Shown: one piece after another, positions 11,866 to 25,554 of the stretch
How positions within the stretch are numbered: position 1 is the first letter of the stretch
Layout of the letters: the number at the start of each line of letters is the position of its first letter
Assembly (NCBI GenBank): GCA_047967505.1
Contig: CM106538.1
From: Dipteris shenzhenensis
Taxonomy: Eukaryota
Length of the DNA stretch: 64,000 nucleotides
Strand: one strand, 5' to 3'
Position numbers and translations under genes: made by a program
The notes under the pieces: model-generated
The model's database searches: none
Seen by the model: only the letters and a program-made list of their open reading frames with translations
Told to the model about the DNA's origin: nothing

Positions 11866-12161
11866 TAATATAATAAAATGTCTTTTTTAGAATTGTCTTT
11901 GCATGTGCAATCTTAAATTTATTTTCAATGTATTTGCACTCTATTAATTTACTTACATGCACTCTCAATGTATACAAAAGCAAAATGAAATAATAAACAT
12001 CAAATCTTAATAGAACATGCAAAAGGAAATAATACTCAATTTTACTTAACATAGAAAAGGAAACAATGTTCTGTAAACGGGAAGAGCAAATTATTTGAAA
12101 ATGCTATTCTTTATTTACATTGAGTAGTATCACAAAGATCATCAAAGCTTGAATGCCTAAA

Positions 12162-12319
12162 CTACTCTAGTCTATGCTTCTTCCTACTTGGCTCAGATCC
12201 CTTTTTTGCTTGCTGAAGCAGAGAGGGTTGCACAATTTCATTCTCTATAGCCAAGGGATCTATAATACTAGCTAGCCCTGCAATAGCTATAATACTATGA
12301 AGCAGACCAGATTGTGTGT
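12162..12319 (-). pseudogene. Candidate terminal exon of the minus-strand BAH-like gene
   Basis: TTTTTGTTCTCAG acceptor, then an open frame ending ...KKGSEPSRKKHRLE*. Link to 16090-16857 is inference. Confidence 0.3.
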
Positions 12320-12349
12320 CTGAGAACAAAAATAAAGCTACACTATGCC

Positions 12350-15300
12350 TAATTAGAACAACACGATTGGTAGTTGGATGGGTCCATCTTCACCATCCAA
12401 CTGAGGACCCTGAACTTCATGATGTTTATCTTTCCATCTGGCAATAATTGTCGAGGCAAGGTTGGCCATATTGCCAGAGACTATTTCAAGAAGCAAGCAA
12501 ATCAAAGAGGAAAGGTAAATTAGCATGGTCATTTTGCCTCTTCTAGTCATGTGCATGAGACATCCTCAGGTCAGCTATTTGCTATGATGCATGTGCAGGA
12601 TCATAAGCCTACTGATGGTGGCTTGGATGATATATGGTATATTGATTTAGGAGCATCTAATCACATGACACCACATGGAGAGTGGTTTGATGAGATGACT
12701 CCTGGTGTGCATGGTTATGTTTGCACAAGAGATGATACACAACATGACATTTCACACAAGGGTGTTGTGCCTCTGGTGATGCATGATGGTCAGCAGACCA
12801 AGAATCTGCGTGAAGTGTTGCATGTGCCTTCGATCACCAAGAACTTATTGTCTGTTGGACAAATGGCTGAGCAGAACTTGCAAGTCCAGTTTAATAAGGA
12901 TGGATGCTTCATTGAGGAGTTTGGTAATGGCTGCAAAGTTGATTGCAAAAGGGAAAATGCAAGGAAGAATGTTTACTTTAGATGCAGGCATGCCGGAACT
13001 AAAGGCTGCCATGTTTACCCATGGTATAGGTGTTGTCTCTGATTTGGAAATTTGGCACAAATGCATTGGTCATATTAATATTCAGAAGCTGAAAAATATG
13101 TAGCATAAAGGCATTGTTGTTGGCCTACCAAAGTTTAAGTGTAATGCTTTGGAGCATGTATGTCCTGCATGCCAATTTGGGAAGCAATCCAAGTTGCCAT
13201 TTACTAGGCATATGTGGGAAAGTAATAGACCCTTGCAGTTGATTCACACTGATGTCTGGGGTCCAGCTCAGACTACCTCCATATTATGTCACATTTATTG
13301 ATGATTTCAGCCAGTCTACATGGCTGTATTTTTTGAAACATAAGGATGAGTTCCTACCTACCTTCAAGCATTTCACGCAACATGTTGAAAAGGAGTTTGG
13401 GTCATATATCACATGCTTGAGATCAGATAATGAAGGTGAATATCTGTCAAATGAATTTGATGACTTCTTGGCCTATCATGGGATTAGACGGGAGCTTACA
13501 TGCCCATATAGACCACAGCAGAATGGACTGGCTGAACGTAAGAATGGGGTGATTGGTTCGTCTGGTAGAGCCATGTTGAATGAAAAGAATTTGCCTAATT
13601 ATTATTGGGCAGAAGTACTTGCAACTGCAGTGTATGTGCTGAATCGTACTCCTACTAGTGGCATTCATATGCTCACACCATATGAGAAATTGTATCGACA
13701 GAAGCTTGATGTCAGTAATTTAAAAGTGTTTGGTAGCTTGGCATATGTGCATATACCAAATGAAAAGAGATGGAAGTTGGATCCCAAAGCTGAAAGATGT
13801 GTGTTTATTGGCTATGCACAGAATCGAAAGGGTTACAAATGCTACAACCCATCGACCAAGAAGACTATGGTGAGTCGGGATGTTGTTTTTAATAGCTGGA
13901 ATCTTGGTATGGCAAGCCGAAAGTGGTTGTTCCAAATGATGCATCTGCAGGTCATGCATATGATAAAAATCAGCAAATTAGTACATCCATATTTGGGCCT
14001 ACATCTACTGGTTCTACCACAGTGAATCCTTGGTCTGGCAGGTTACGCAATTCCACTGACACTGCTATGTTAGTGAGAAGGAGAGATAAAGGGAAAGCCA
14101 AGGTTGTCCCTAGGCCATGAAATTGTGGCTATGATCCATCATGTAGTGATAGTTTAGATAGTGAGATGGGTATACCATCTGTGTCTACACTTGGAGTCAA
14201 GGGAAGCAGGTACGTACCTCCTCATGAACGAGGAGATTCAGGCACTCCAGTGAGAAGGTCACAGAGAGTCAGGTATCCTGTTGACAGGTTAACTTATAGT
14301 AGTTATGCTACTCGGCATTATTGCATATATGACAAAAGTTATGGGACATACTGAACCAACTATCTTTGGTGAGGCTATGCAACATGGTCATTGGCAGAAT
14401 GCCATGGATGAGGAGATGGATGCTCTTGCCACTAATTAGACTTGGGATTTGGTGGAGTTGCCTGAAGGCAAGAATCCTATTAGTTGCAAATGGGTCTACA
14501 AAGTAAAATCCAAGTCTGATGGATCAGTGGAAAGGTATAAAGCAAGGCTGGTTGCCAAAGGGTATGCACAGTAATATGGGCTAGATTATGAGGAAACTTT
14601 CAACCCTGTTGCCAAGATGGCAACTATGAGAACTATCATAGCATTGGCTACTGCAAATGGCTAGAAATTGCAGCAAATGGATGTCAAGAATGCTTTCCTA
14701 AATGGTCACTTGTTGGAGGAAGTCTATATGGTTCATCCCAAGGGTTATGTGCACCCTGACTATCCCAACTATGTTTGCAGGTTGAAGAAAGCTCTCTATG
14801 GGCTGAAGCAAGCACCTAGAGCATGAAATGAAAGGATCAGTAGATACCTACAGGAGCTTGGTTTTGTAGTTGGGAAGGCTGATCATTCATTGTTCACAAA
14901 GAAAACAATTGCTAGATATGTTGTGATTGTGATTTATGTTGATGATCTGATTCTGACTGGTAGTGATGATGATGGCATTGCTGAAATTGAGATCAAGCTG
15001 AAAATGGAGTTTGATATGAAGGATCTCGGGGACTTGAAGTTCTTTCTTGGCATAGAGGTGTTGAGAACCCCTAATGGCATTTGGCTTATGCAGAGGCAGT
15101 ATGCCTTGAATATGCTAGAGAGGTTTGGCATGAAGGATTGCAAACCAATGGAGATGATGGCTGATTTTGGAGCTAAGATTGATGACATTACCATGTACAG
15201 GCAGATGGTTGGAAGCTTGATTTATCTGACTATTACTAGGCCTGATTTAATATATGCTGTGGGACTCATTAGTCAGTTTATGCAGAAGCCACGGAAGCCT

Positions 15301-16090
15301 CACTTGGATGCAGTGAGAAGGATTATGCGCTATGTCAAGGTAACATATCAGTATGGACTCTTTTATGAGTATGGAAAGGATATAGAACTGGTTGGATACA
15401 CAGATGCAGATTGGGTAGGATGTGCCTATGACAGGAAATCCACCAGTGGTTATGCATTCAGCCTTGGTAGTGCAGTGGTGAGTTGGAGTAGTAAAAAGCA
15501 ACCCATAGTGGTATTGTCTAGTACAGAAGTAGAGTACAGAGGAGCAGCATTGGCTGCATGTGAGATTTCTTGGCTTCAGAAGCTTTGGCAGGATTTGGGA
15601 CTGCATGTGGAAAAACCAATCAGGCTCTATTGTCATAACATGAGTAGTGTGCAGTTGGCAAGTAATCTGGTTCATCATGCTAAAACTAAGCATATTGAGG
15701 TACACTACCATTTCATTAGAGAGATGGTGTTATCAAAGAAGATTGATCTCATACATGTGAAGACTGAAGATCAAGTTGCAGATATCTTTACCAAGTCATT
15801 GGGTAGAGATAAGTTTACATACTTTAGAGAGCTACTTGGTGTTATGCTCCCTACTTGAGCTTGACGGGGAGTGTTGGGAATCAAGCTCTCTGTTATTGTT
15901 CCTGTTATGTGAGTAGGTGAATAAGGTGAGTCACACTGACTCAACCATAGCTAGTTCTTATCTACTATGTATGGGTGTGACCTTAGTAGTGTTCAATTGT
16001 ATTGTGTGGGGTGAATATGAGCTGATTGTGGAGGAGACTGTTGCTCCTTCCTGGTTGCTTCCTATATCTCTCTTCTTGTTTTTCTTAATA
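12350..16090 (+). mobile_element. Ty1/Copia, 5'-truncated and decayed (gag knuckle remnant, PR, IN, RT, RNase H, PPT, partial 3' LTR from 15872)
   Basis: WYIDLGASNHMT; FIDDFS, LRSDNEGEY, QQNGLAER; IYVDDLI; ADIFTKSL; TTGACGGGGAG then TGTTGG at 15872. Confidence 0.95.
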
Positions 16091-16857
16091 GAAGCCAGCT
16101 CAACCTAGCATTTCTTCCACCGGTAGTTGGCTTCATAGCATTTCTCACATCACTAAACATTCTATTTCTATATGATTCACTTATCTCCATGCTTGAACGC
16201 AGCCATTCTAGACTATCAAAAGAGGGCAAGGGAAGAGATTCTAATCTACCATACTGTCCTTCTTCATTTGGCACAATGAAAATTGAGTCATAGAAGAAGA
16301 TCCCATCCTTTTTTAATTCTGATGGTGTGCGACCATACTGAAGACTCCCGATCTCAACATGGAGGACATGTAACACCCTAGTTACGCATGCTGTAGGCTC
16401 CCACTCTTTGTAAGTAGATGGATATAAGTCTGTAAAACAAATACAAGGCATAAGACAGTAGTGTCAACATCCCCAAATAAATGCAAATGCTCTAATAAGC
16501 AAATGAAGTACTAGTACACTTTCAAAAACTTACAATTGGGCCTATGATATGGAAGTCCTGCATTCGGATGCACATATATGTTTGCATGGGTAAAGACATG
16601 CTGAATATATACTTGTGTCACTGTGTTACTGCCAGGAGAAATTTCAAAATCTAAGATCCTTCCCTTCCAATGTTTGGAGATGTCCATTGCATCCTTCTGG
16701 CCCACTTTGTAGCACCCACGATTAGTGGGTTGCATTGTGATCCAAGAATATTTCCTATAGAGCTAAGAAATCCATTCCCCATGCTCATCCTTAACATTCT
16801 TCAATGCAACATACTGTAAACTACTTCTGTATCTATCATTTTCTACTTCCATAGTTT
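16090..16857 (-). pseudogene. Spliced BAH-domain-like gene fragment (intron 16430-16533)
   Basis: GT..AG intron joins ORFs 16511-16735 and 16062-16451 in frame: HWKGRILDFE...VYIQHVF...RPNYLYPSTYKEWEPTACVTRVLHV...GIFFYDSIF. Motif order resembles BAH. One upstream stop. Confidence 0.5.
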
Positions 16858-16919
16858 GTGCCCCTGTACCATATGATTAAAATTAGCTCTTTCTACTTCC
16901 AAAGACCCTCCAAATTTAT

Positions 16920-16965
16920 GTCTTCTATTCTCTCTTTCTCTATCCCTCTCTTTCTCTTTCTTTGC

Positions 16966-17014
<49 letters not shown>

Positions 17015-17460
17015 CTTTAACTAAGCCTCTCACAAAAACAAGCAAAATATTAAACATAGAATACTTCTCTCTCTCAATCTGTCTTCCAAGGTATGGAAAA
17101 GAGAGGAGAAATTGGGAAAAGAGGGAGGGAAAAGAGGAGAAAAGTAGAGAAAGAGAGGAGAAAAGAGGGGAGAAGAGAGGAAATAAGAGAGAAAGAGAGG
17201 GGGGAGAAAGAGGATGTGAAAATAAGAGAAAGGGGAAAGAGAGGAGTGAAGCAAAAGAGAGGATGGAAGAGGGAAAGAGAGGGGAGAAAGAGGGGAAAGA
17301 GAGGGGAAAAGAGGGAGGAAAAGGGAGGAGAAAAGGAGAGAAAGAGAGGAGAAAAGAGGGGAGAAGAGAGGAAATAAGAGACAAAGAGAAGGGGGAGAAA
17401 GAGGATCTAAAAGTTAGAGAAAGGGGAAAGAGAGGAGTGAAGGAAAAGAGAGAAAAAAAG
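16920..17460. repeat. (CT)n microsatellite and GA-rich low-complexity tract with internal duplication
   Basis: (TC)n at about 16969-17012; purine tract 17095-17460. Confidence 0.9.
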
Positions 17461-17499
17461 ACTCTACCAATTAAAAAAGTATACAAAGACCATATTAGT

Positions 17500-17797
17500 T
17501 GCCTACCATGCCATGACAACAGATAAAAGAAGAAGGAAGGCATGGTTTGACAAAAACCTCAAAGACAAAGACATCAAGAAAGGTGACCTAGTTTTGTTGT
17601 ACAATACCAAATTCCACAAGGGCAAGCTCAAATTTCAAGGGCAAGGACCTTATAGAGTAAAAAAAATGAACCCCATTGGAGCTATGCTGCTAGAAACACT
17701 CGATGGAGTCCAATTCACAACAACAATAAACGGATGCCCACTGAAGCGCTACTACATCAACATGCAAGCCATCCCTTACAATAATGAAGATTTGTGA
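17500..17797 (+). pseudogene. Gypsy integrase C-terminus (GPY/F module)
   Basis: KGDLVLLY...GKLK...GPYRV...INGCPLKRY. Confidence 0.85.
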
Positions 17798-18210
17798 GCC
17801 CCAATTCTTCCATAGTTAGGACTAGATTGTATCACGAGCACTCACTAGCATATGTATAACTTCGCACATACAGGTAGTTTCAACCGATTTCAACCTAGGG
17901 CTCAGAGAGGTGATGACTAAGTCCTAGCTGCCCTATGATTCCCTTAGCAAACTAAGCATATACTAGGAGGAATGCCCGCCTCACTAGTCGTTCATAGTGC
18001 ACCCACACATTTTGAGCACCACGAATAAATTGCATGAATACAAGCCCCAAGATTGTGACTTGCTTTGATCCGCACACACAGCACCCTCATCACAAAGAGA
18101 GTAAAATGCATTAGCCACTCATAAAAGAAACATGCACTCTTAGCACATGGCACTATATTGGCTCTATCAAACTAGGACCTAATTCATATGTGAAATGCCA
18201 GGCCAATAAG

Positions 18211-21200
18211 ATGGGAAAAAGGCCTACAACACCATCAACAAAGCATCACCATGCCAAACGAACCAAAACTCAACCTCAACCTCCATCCTCAAATCACCAA
18301 CCTAAAGAAGGACAAGATCCAGAATCACCAACCCAAAGGTCAGCACCAAAATGACCACGGCTAGTGGTCCTGAACAGTGATACTGATGAGCAAATAAATG
18401 CAACATGCCAAGAAGATATGCCACAAAACGTAAGGACCCTAGAGTCAAGAGAAATCAAGGTAGGGCAATTGACTATGCAGGATGCAGGTGCGGAACACCT
18501 TGATGACTAAACCAACAAAGAGCTAGCAATAGATGAAACAATATAGCTTGTATGGCCATGAGTCTCAACATTCACCATGTCACCTGATGCATACAACTTC
18601 TTGCACTCAAAGGGTCTAGGAAGTCTTTTTGAGAAGGTAAAATCCTTTTTACTAACATTTGCTCTGACAGAATACATTTGTCAATTCATAACATCATATA
18701 AAAGCAAAGAGTTGGAGAAAGATAAGTACGACACAATAACATTTAAAGAAAAGCCCTTATAGATCTACCTCAGTAGATCCACTATGCAAGAAGCTTTCTC
18801 ATTTCTAAAGGCACAAGAAGAATATCCAAAGAAATATTTGGATGGAGTTTGGATGTAAGATTCTATGAGATTCAGGATTTATTGCCACCTAACACAAAGT
18901 CACAAAGCAAGAAAATACGCAATGATATGATTCTGGATCCCATATGCAAAGAGCCAGCTAAGTTTTTGGATGACATTTTCAATCATATAGGAGTGAGAAA
19001 AAATTATATGTCAGCAAAAACTCTTACACTCCTTTGTAGAATAGAACTACAGTGACTGGCTCAACACACATCCTTGCTGCTAACCAATTATGTATCCACT
19101 ACACATAATGGCAAAAGCTACATTGCCCATCTATTGGCCATTATAATTGGGTTTGTAATAGAGCAAGAGGAAGACTCTACACCTCTCTGAACACAAGATA
19201 TAGAGGATGTTGAAACATTGATATTATCACCAGAATGGGAATTAGAGCCTCCACCTACTCTCAATGGGGATAACATGGATGGGTGGCAATCCGAACAAAT
19301 TCCAGAGAATGACAATGTGGAACTCTGCCAAAGAATCTTTAAACTTAGTTTAGTATTGCTATTGCAATAGGACTCAAACAGGGAAATATAAGAGGAGACA
19401 ATGCCACATAATGACTTTGCAAGTGAGCCAAATAGCATGCCTCCTCAAGAATCACAAGTCACCAACCTTGACGACTCCACGGCTCTAGAGTCACAACCCT
19501 CAAATGTCTCTAGTAGCACCATACAATAGACTGATGTTCAAGGAATAGATCAAAATTCCACATGAGCACATGGTAGTCAATTGTATGTCCAATACAAACA
19601 AGGATTCCAGATCATACAACATCACAGTCAACAGTTACAACAATGGTTACAATTATTTGCTATCATGGCATCACAAATGAGCAGGAAAGAGAAATGGAAA
19701 GGCAGATGCTCCCATCACTCCAAAGCAAGTTGTAAAGTGCCGAGACTAAAATTCATAAGCTGAAGGAAAGCATGGCAGAACAAATGTAGCAACATATCCT
19801 TGCACAAAAAATGCTCTAGCAGAAAGTAGAAGGATGCCCTGCAAGCCACAATTTCTCTGCAAGAAAAACACCTATAGCAATCTGATGCCTTGAACAGAAA
19901 GGAAGATCTCTCAAATGCAAGTCACTTGTGATGATCTCAACAAGTAAATGGTGCACTTAAATGAAATATTACTACTTAAAGAGGATCAACTCCATGCCAC
20001 AATAGACACAAACAATGAGTTGCAGAATAGCGTCAACGAAGGTAAACATCAAATTCAAGTACTAGACAAGGAATGCATGGCATCAAGGGAGACACTTGTG
20101 AACACCAAAGCATAATGGGACACTCAAGAGCAAGAGATACTCCAACTGCACATGCTTAATGATTAATTGCCAAGGCATCCAGAAGTGCTCAACAATTCAA
20201 TAGTCTATAGCTTGCATACACCTCAACTCTGGGTAAGTATAAAGAAAAGTGCAAAGAGTGGCAAAATCAAAAGAGGCAATAATTTCCAAATTGGAGCTTC
20301 AACTACTAGGTCAAGCTGATGATGATGCGGAGGGGTTAACACAAGATCTTTTGCTATAGGGCATCACTACATTATACCAAGAGCTTGTTGCAGTCCTTCA
20401 GTAAGAGGATCACCTTGAAGGAAGAATACACATACCATGGAAACACTTGCAAATTAAGATGTTACATGCAGTATCTCGTCTTGATTGGACCAAGCTAATA
20501 AGAACAAAGACTCTCTGAGATCTATGCCAGCAAATGAATGAAGATGAGAATAATGTGTTCTTTGTCTCAGTGCATGCAAATCTCATATGGTTAAAGGTTG
20601 ATGCAATACTACTATATGAATTCTTGATGGGAAGCCCCCCTCTTCGCGTAGTAGTCGGCGGTCTCCTACTTTTATTTGCAACAATCACCAGCAACTTCCA
20701 TGGGATATAATTCCCAGAAAATTCCTACATTAAAGCTGACAATGCTTAGGTACCAGAAGCAACAAAGATCTGCCATAGGAATATATGGTCTACCTTCAAT
20801 CTAATCTCCCCTATCTTGCCATAGTCTATTCGATCTTCTCACATCCCTCCCTTAATCCAATAATATTCTCCATACCTTTCCAAAAATCCAAGCTAACCCA
20901 TATTCCTTGCCATGCCTCTTTTCCCATGCCTCTCAACACTACTGCCTAATCCAAGAATCTAACTCCTATCATCCACTTACACCTAACTTTTTTCCAACAC
21001 TTGACAATCCATCCCTTGAGAACTATCAAGTTGCTAAATCCATTTGCCCTACTCTCCCTTCACTTTCCACCAACATCCCTACTTCTACCTTCTCAAATTC
21101 ACTACTTGATTCGACTTTCCCCTATAATCTCTTCTTGTCCCCCAAGACCACATATTCCTCAGATCTCCCTTGAGTTTTCAATGGAAGACACTATTAATGA

Positions 21201-21951
21201 TTCCATCAATGAGCTTCAAGAATTGAATAATCCAAATCGCACACCCACACGGGAGTTGCAACAGGATACAGATAGGATTCCCATGCCTGGTAATCCCATT
21301 GGTGATTTTTGGAGGCAATACCTAGACATGTAGTCAAGAGGAGGATGGCACCTCTCCAAAATTTCAATGAGTATCTGCCAAGTGCAAATCACTCCAAAGT
21401 TCAGCAACAAATTAGAGCCACAGCTTGCTTGGCATACACCAAAGATGCTCAACGAAAAATACCTCCTTGAGTACTTATGAGCTCCATCTTCCTTCCAAAC
21501 ATATCCCACATTTGATGTGGTACCCCTTCGCTACTGGTGGGATGCCAATCATCATGATCTAGATAGTGTAGATGCTCCTCGCAATTGGCCATTAATCAAT
21601 AGAAACTCTAAGATCAAATGGGCAAGCCAAGAAACACTCACCAAATCCATGGACAGACATGCATCAATTATGCAAGGTAGTTATGACAAAACACTCAAGG
21701 AAAGTGCAAAATACAATGAAGCCTTAGTAGTAATCCTAGAGGTGTCCCTCACCATTGACGACCATTTACCCAACCTTAGCTTCAATCCAAATCAACAAAT
21801 AGATGCTCAAACAACAAGTCGCCTCTTTCAAAGAGCCATATCTCTTCAAGGGTGTTATGTGTGTTTGTTTGAAGAAAGGGTTGACACTGGCTTCTTAGAA
21901 ATTGAGGAAGCAATCTACGGTGTTCTTGGATTACAAGGAAAAGATCGATAA
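18211..21951 (+). pseudogene. Long decayed extra ORF downstream of Gypsy integrase, function unknown
   Basis: Starts MGKRPTTPSTKHHHAKRTK. Chain of same-strand ORF fragments (18577, 18849, 21001, 21517) and a Q/E/K/L-rich stretch at about 19550-20280. Confidence 0.5.
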
Positions 21952-22010
21952 CAAGCTTGCTCCATCTATCACCGACGCCATCTTCACCATACTCATTGGG
22001 TACAAACAAC

Positions 22011-22670
22011 TGTAGCACAACATCTTATGCTGTAGATCCAACCATAACCTGAGGATGGGTAACCAAATTGGTCCAGGGGATTTGTTAACCTTGTGACAAC
22101 AAGGGCCAAAACTTAGACGTGCAGTCTAGGGCAACACGATGAGAGCATTGGAAGAGCATTGTGTGTGTAGAGTAGCGGCAAAGCTTCGCTTGTAATATCT
22201 TGAGCCTGAAAGATGGTATGATGAATCTTATGGCCAAAATACTCTCTAGAAAAGATCTAATCATACTTGCAAAATCAAGATCTAGAGAGAGAAATACTAA
22301 AAGCCTACACTTTTTGAGGTCCTCCCACTTTGTGTAGAGACCCAAAAGGTCCCCCCCAAAGGTGGAGGGACTCTTGTCCAAAAGGTCTCCTATAAAAGAG
22401 GTCCCACCACGGAGGTACCTATAGATTGTGTAGATACCAACATGTATAAATATCTCTCAATGGAATGAAGCTCGCACTCTTTGGCATTCAGTGTTCAAGC
22501 TCACTATTGTGTTCATGTGATTGATGTCCATTGCATCCATGCTCTCTTACACTATCATGTTCTAGCATGCCCTTACCCTTGCACTCTCTAGCCTTTTACT
22601 CCCTCCTCCTCCTCCTTCCTCCTCCTCCTTGTATTGGACCTATGCTACATTTGTGAACACCTATGCTACA
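22011..22670 (+). mobile_element. Probable LTR
   Basis: TGTAGCA...TGCTACA inverted termini and TATAAAAG at ~22391. No convincing TSD or PPT. Confidence 0.5.
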
Positions 22671-22719
22671 ACGAGCAATGACACAATTGTAGGTGACTAA
22701 CACCCTTGTAATATGCCTT

Positions 22720-23260
22720 GGGAGAAACAGTGACAACACATTGCTATTTTAAAACTATGAGGTTTAGCTAGGGGTTTGTCGAATGCAAGTGTCCCTTCCC
22801 AAGGGTGACCAATAATCCATACATGGTAAGTGATCTAGCATGCATATCTTATGGTTATATTATGTGTGTAGAGGGAGTGGGATGGAGGATATTTTGATTC
22901 AAAAGAACCATGCATTGTTACTTTGAATTGCATGCAATAGGAAGGTCAAGCAAGAAATTTGTCGAATGTAAGTGTCCCCTTTGTAGGAGTTACATTAATG
23001 GCTTCAATCATGCATGGATGATAAGTTGATTAGGAAGGATATGTTATGAGTGTATTGTGTGTGTATGGGAGTAGAGGGGAAGCTATTTCAAATCAAAAGC
23101 ACCTTGCATTGTTATACTTAATTGCATGCAATAGTGAGGTTAGATCAAGGTTTCTCCAATGCAAGTATCCCCTTTGTTGCAGGGTTTTTGTAATACAAGT
23201 ATCCCCTTTACAAGGAGTTTACAAGAGTCAGTAGAAGGAACGTGTCACAAATTGCAAGGC
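22720..23260. repeat. Three degenerate ~190 bp tandem units
   Basis: AATG(C/T)AAGT(G/A)TCCC recurs near 22781, 22965 and 23158, with similar downstream sequence. Confidence 0.55.
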
Positions 23261-24008
23261 CATATCGATAAGGATCATTTAGTATGTTTTCATGTTGCTC
23301 AAGTGCAACAAATAAGTGATGAAAACCATATACATAGAGGGGTTTGCCACAAGTTTTAAAAAAAAAGAGGGGAGCATAGTTATGGACATATAGGCCATTG
23401 TACAAACCCTTCAAGAAGATAACTATGGAAGTGTATGTTCTTCCCAAAACAAAGTTACAAATATTAGCCCATGCTACCATTTTCAAGGCTTCAATTGATG
23501 AATTTAAGTATACTTGAATTGCATATGTAGGCTTTTTATAAGCTAGAATTTAAATTTTGTATACTTATAGATGGGTCCAAATGACTTGTGCCAAATGCTT
23601 TGAGTACTTGGAGGGCTAAATTTTGAGTAAGAGATTATGTTAATTTCTTAGCAAATTTATCAAATTAAAGATGTAATTATTAGCCTAGACAACTTAGAGA
23701 AGGCTCTAGATTCACTATTGGTTAATATTTTCCTTTATTTTTTTCCTTGTCTAGCAGCTTCCAAAATTACCTATTCCTCCAATATCCATCAGATTACCTC
23801 CTAGATTCTCATGAATTCTCACTACCTTGGACAAAATCTAGGTATCCAAAAGCATCACCACCATATGGCACGTAGGTAGAAATGATATTCAAGATACCGT
23901 ATGATAAATTGTCAGTCACAATGGAGTCAAACTGTGACCCTTATCTAGTTGTAAAAAACATGATTTTAGAATTCTAAATGTATTTAAACAAGTTTTGGTT
24001 ATTAAGAC

Positions 24009-24395
24009 CATATTTTTAATTACACATTTTTAAAAATCCCATCTTGTAAGTCTTAAAAATTTTAGGAATTTTCATATGTTTTTATGAAGTTATAGGAACA
24101 AATTCCATGGTGCATGCTCCATTATTATGATCAAATTGACAAGTATTGGAAATATTCAAGAACTTGCCTCAAAAAGTGATCTTAGATTAAACAAGTTCTA
24201 GATGTTTAAACCATATTTTTAATTACACATTTTTTTATATCCCATCTTGTAAATCTTAAAAAATTTGGGAATTTTCATATGTTTTTATGAAGTTATAGGA
24301 ACAAAATCCATGATGACATGCTCCATTATTATGATCAAGTTGACAAGTATTGGAAATATTCAAGAACTTGCCACAAAAGAGTGATCTTGGGTTAA
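24009..24395. repeat. Tandem duplication of ~200 bp AT-rich unit
   Basis: CCATATTTTTAATTACACATTTTT...GTGATCTT at about 24009-24191 and 24211-24395. Confidence 0.85.
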
Positions 24396-24792
24396 ATGAA
24401 ATCTTATGGCCAAAGATGAAAAAAAGGTACCAAATTTTGCGTAGAAGAACAAAATTATAAAGGAAACACACTTTTACGTTCAGTTTAAATTAATGAAGTT
24501 TGTATAAAATTCCTTGAATTTTCTAGATAGATCACATAGTCATGCCACAAATGTTTAAAGCTTTTTTAAAAGTTGCAAAAGTCATGTTAAGTTAAGAATA
24601 TTAATTCAAGGTGAAGGTGATTAATGAGTATCTACCCAATTGCACAATAATCAAAAGAAGGGTTAAAGATGGAGTAAAGATGTTTGGTAGCTAAATAGAG
24701 AAAGCAATAGAAAATCATTTTTAGGACACTTTTAAACTCTTTTTTTTTGGGCCAAATATTTTATTTTATTTTTTTGGTGCAGAGATAGTTTT

Positions 24793-25554
24793 TGTTATAT
24801 CAGAATATCATCATCATCATAAGTATTTGTAAGAAAACAATACAACGTTTGCACTCAACAGATAACAGGATCTCGTATGCAAGAGAAAAACGGATAGTAT
24901 GGAGAATCAAAAATTTGATTATTGTAAAACTGATACAATAGATGGCGTTGCCTCCCAGCCGTGCGCTCCTATGAGAGAAGCTTTGATGGCATGCTGGAAA
25001 CAGTAGAGGACGGAGGCTGGATGCTAAGGAATCAGGGTTGTTGTAGCCAGTGATGATGATGGGCTTCACGGGCTTGCTCTTATATAGCCACCAGTCATAG
25101 TCGGTTAGACCCAATTGAGTGACCGACCTAGTCTGCCCAAAACGACCGACTGGGGATCAGTCTCAAAATAGGCCACCGACCACTCGATAGAACAGTGGTG
25201 CAAAATAGAGCAACAAACCTACGGTTACCATTCGGCGCAGAGCCATCCGGGATCATCTGGGGCTCCAATGGGCCTCACAACCCGAGAGTGGGCTACTCCA
25301 GGAAATGCTCCATCTACCCTCAGTGTGGTCAGTCATGGGATGCCTTCCCGCACTTGCATGTAGCCTAGTTGGCAGTGTACCAACTCTATCTGAAGTCTAG
25401 CCATCAGGCCACACATGGCCCCCATCTGGTGTCCAAACTAGGACCTACCAGATAACCGAGCTACTCAAATGCCTTCTCCTCATATGGGGCGCTTACAAGT
25501 AGAGTTAGCTAGTTCCTGCATAGTTACACGAGAGTGGAGCATTGATATCTAACA
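24793..25554 (-). mobile_element. 3' LTR of minus-strand Copia
   Basis: TGTTA...TAACA termini; CCCCCCC (PPT complement) at 25555-25561; homologous to 1-665. Confidence 0.88.

Noticed and set aside
16858-17543. 222-aa and 216-aa ORFs
   Set aside because: Artefacts of GA/CT low-complexity sequence.
1-25554. LTRs 1-665 and 24793-25554 as the two ends of one element
   Set aside because: PPT and pol lie to the right of 25554, and nothing matching a PPT follows 665. They are separate insertions.
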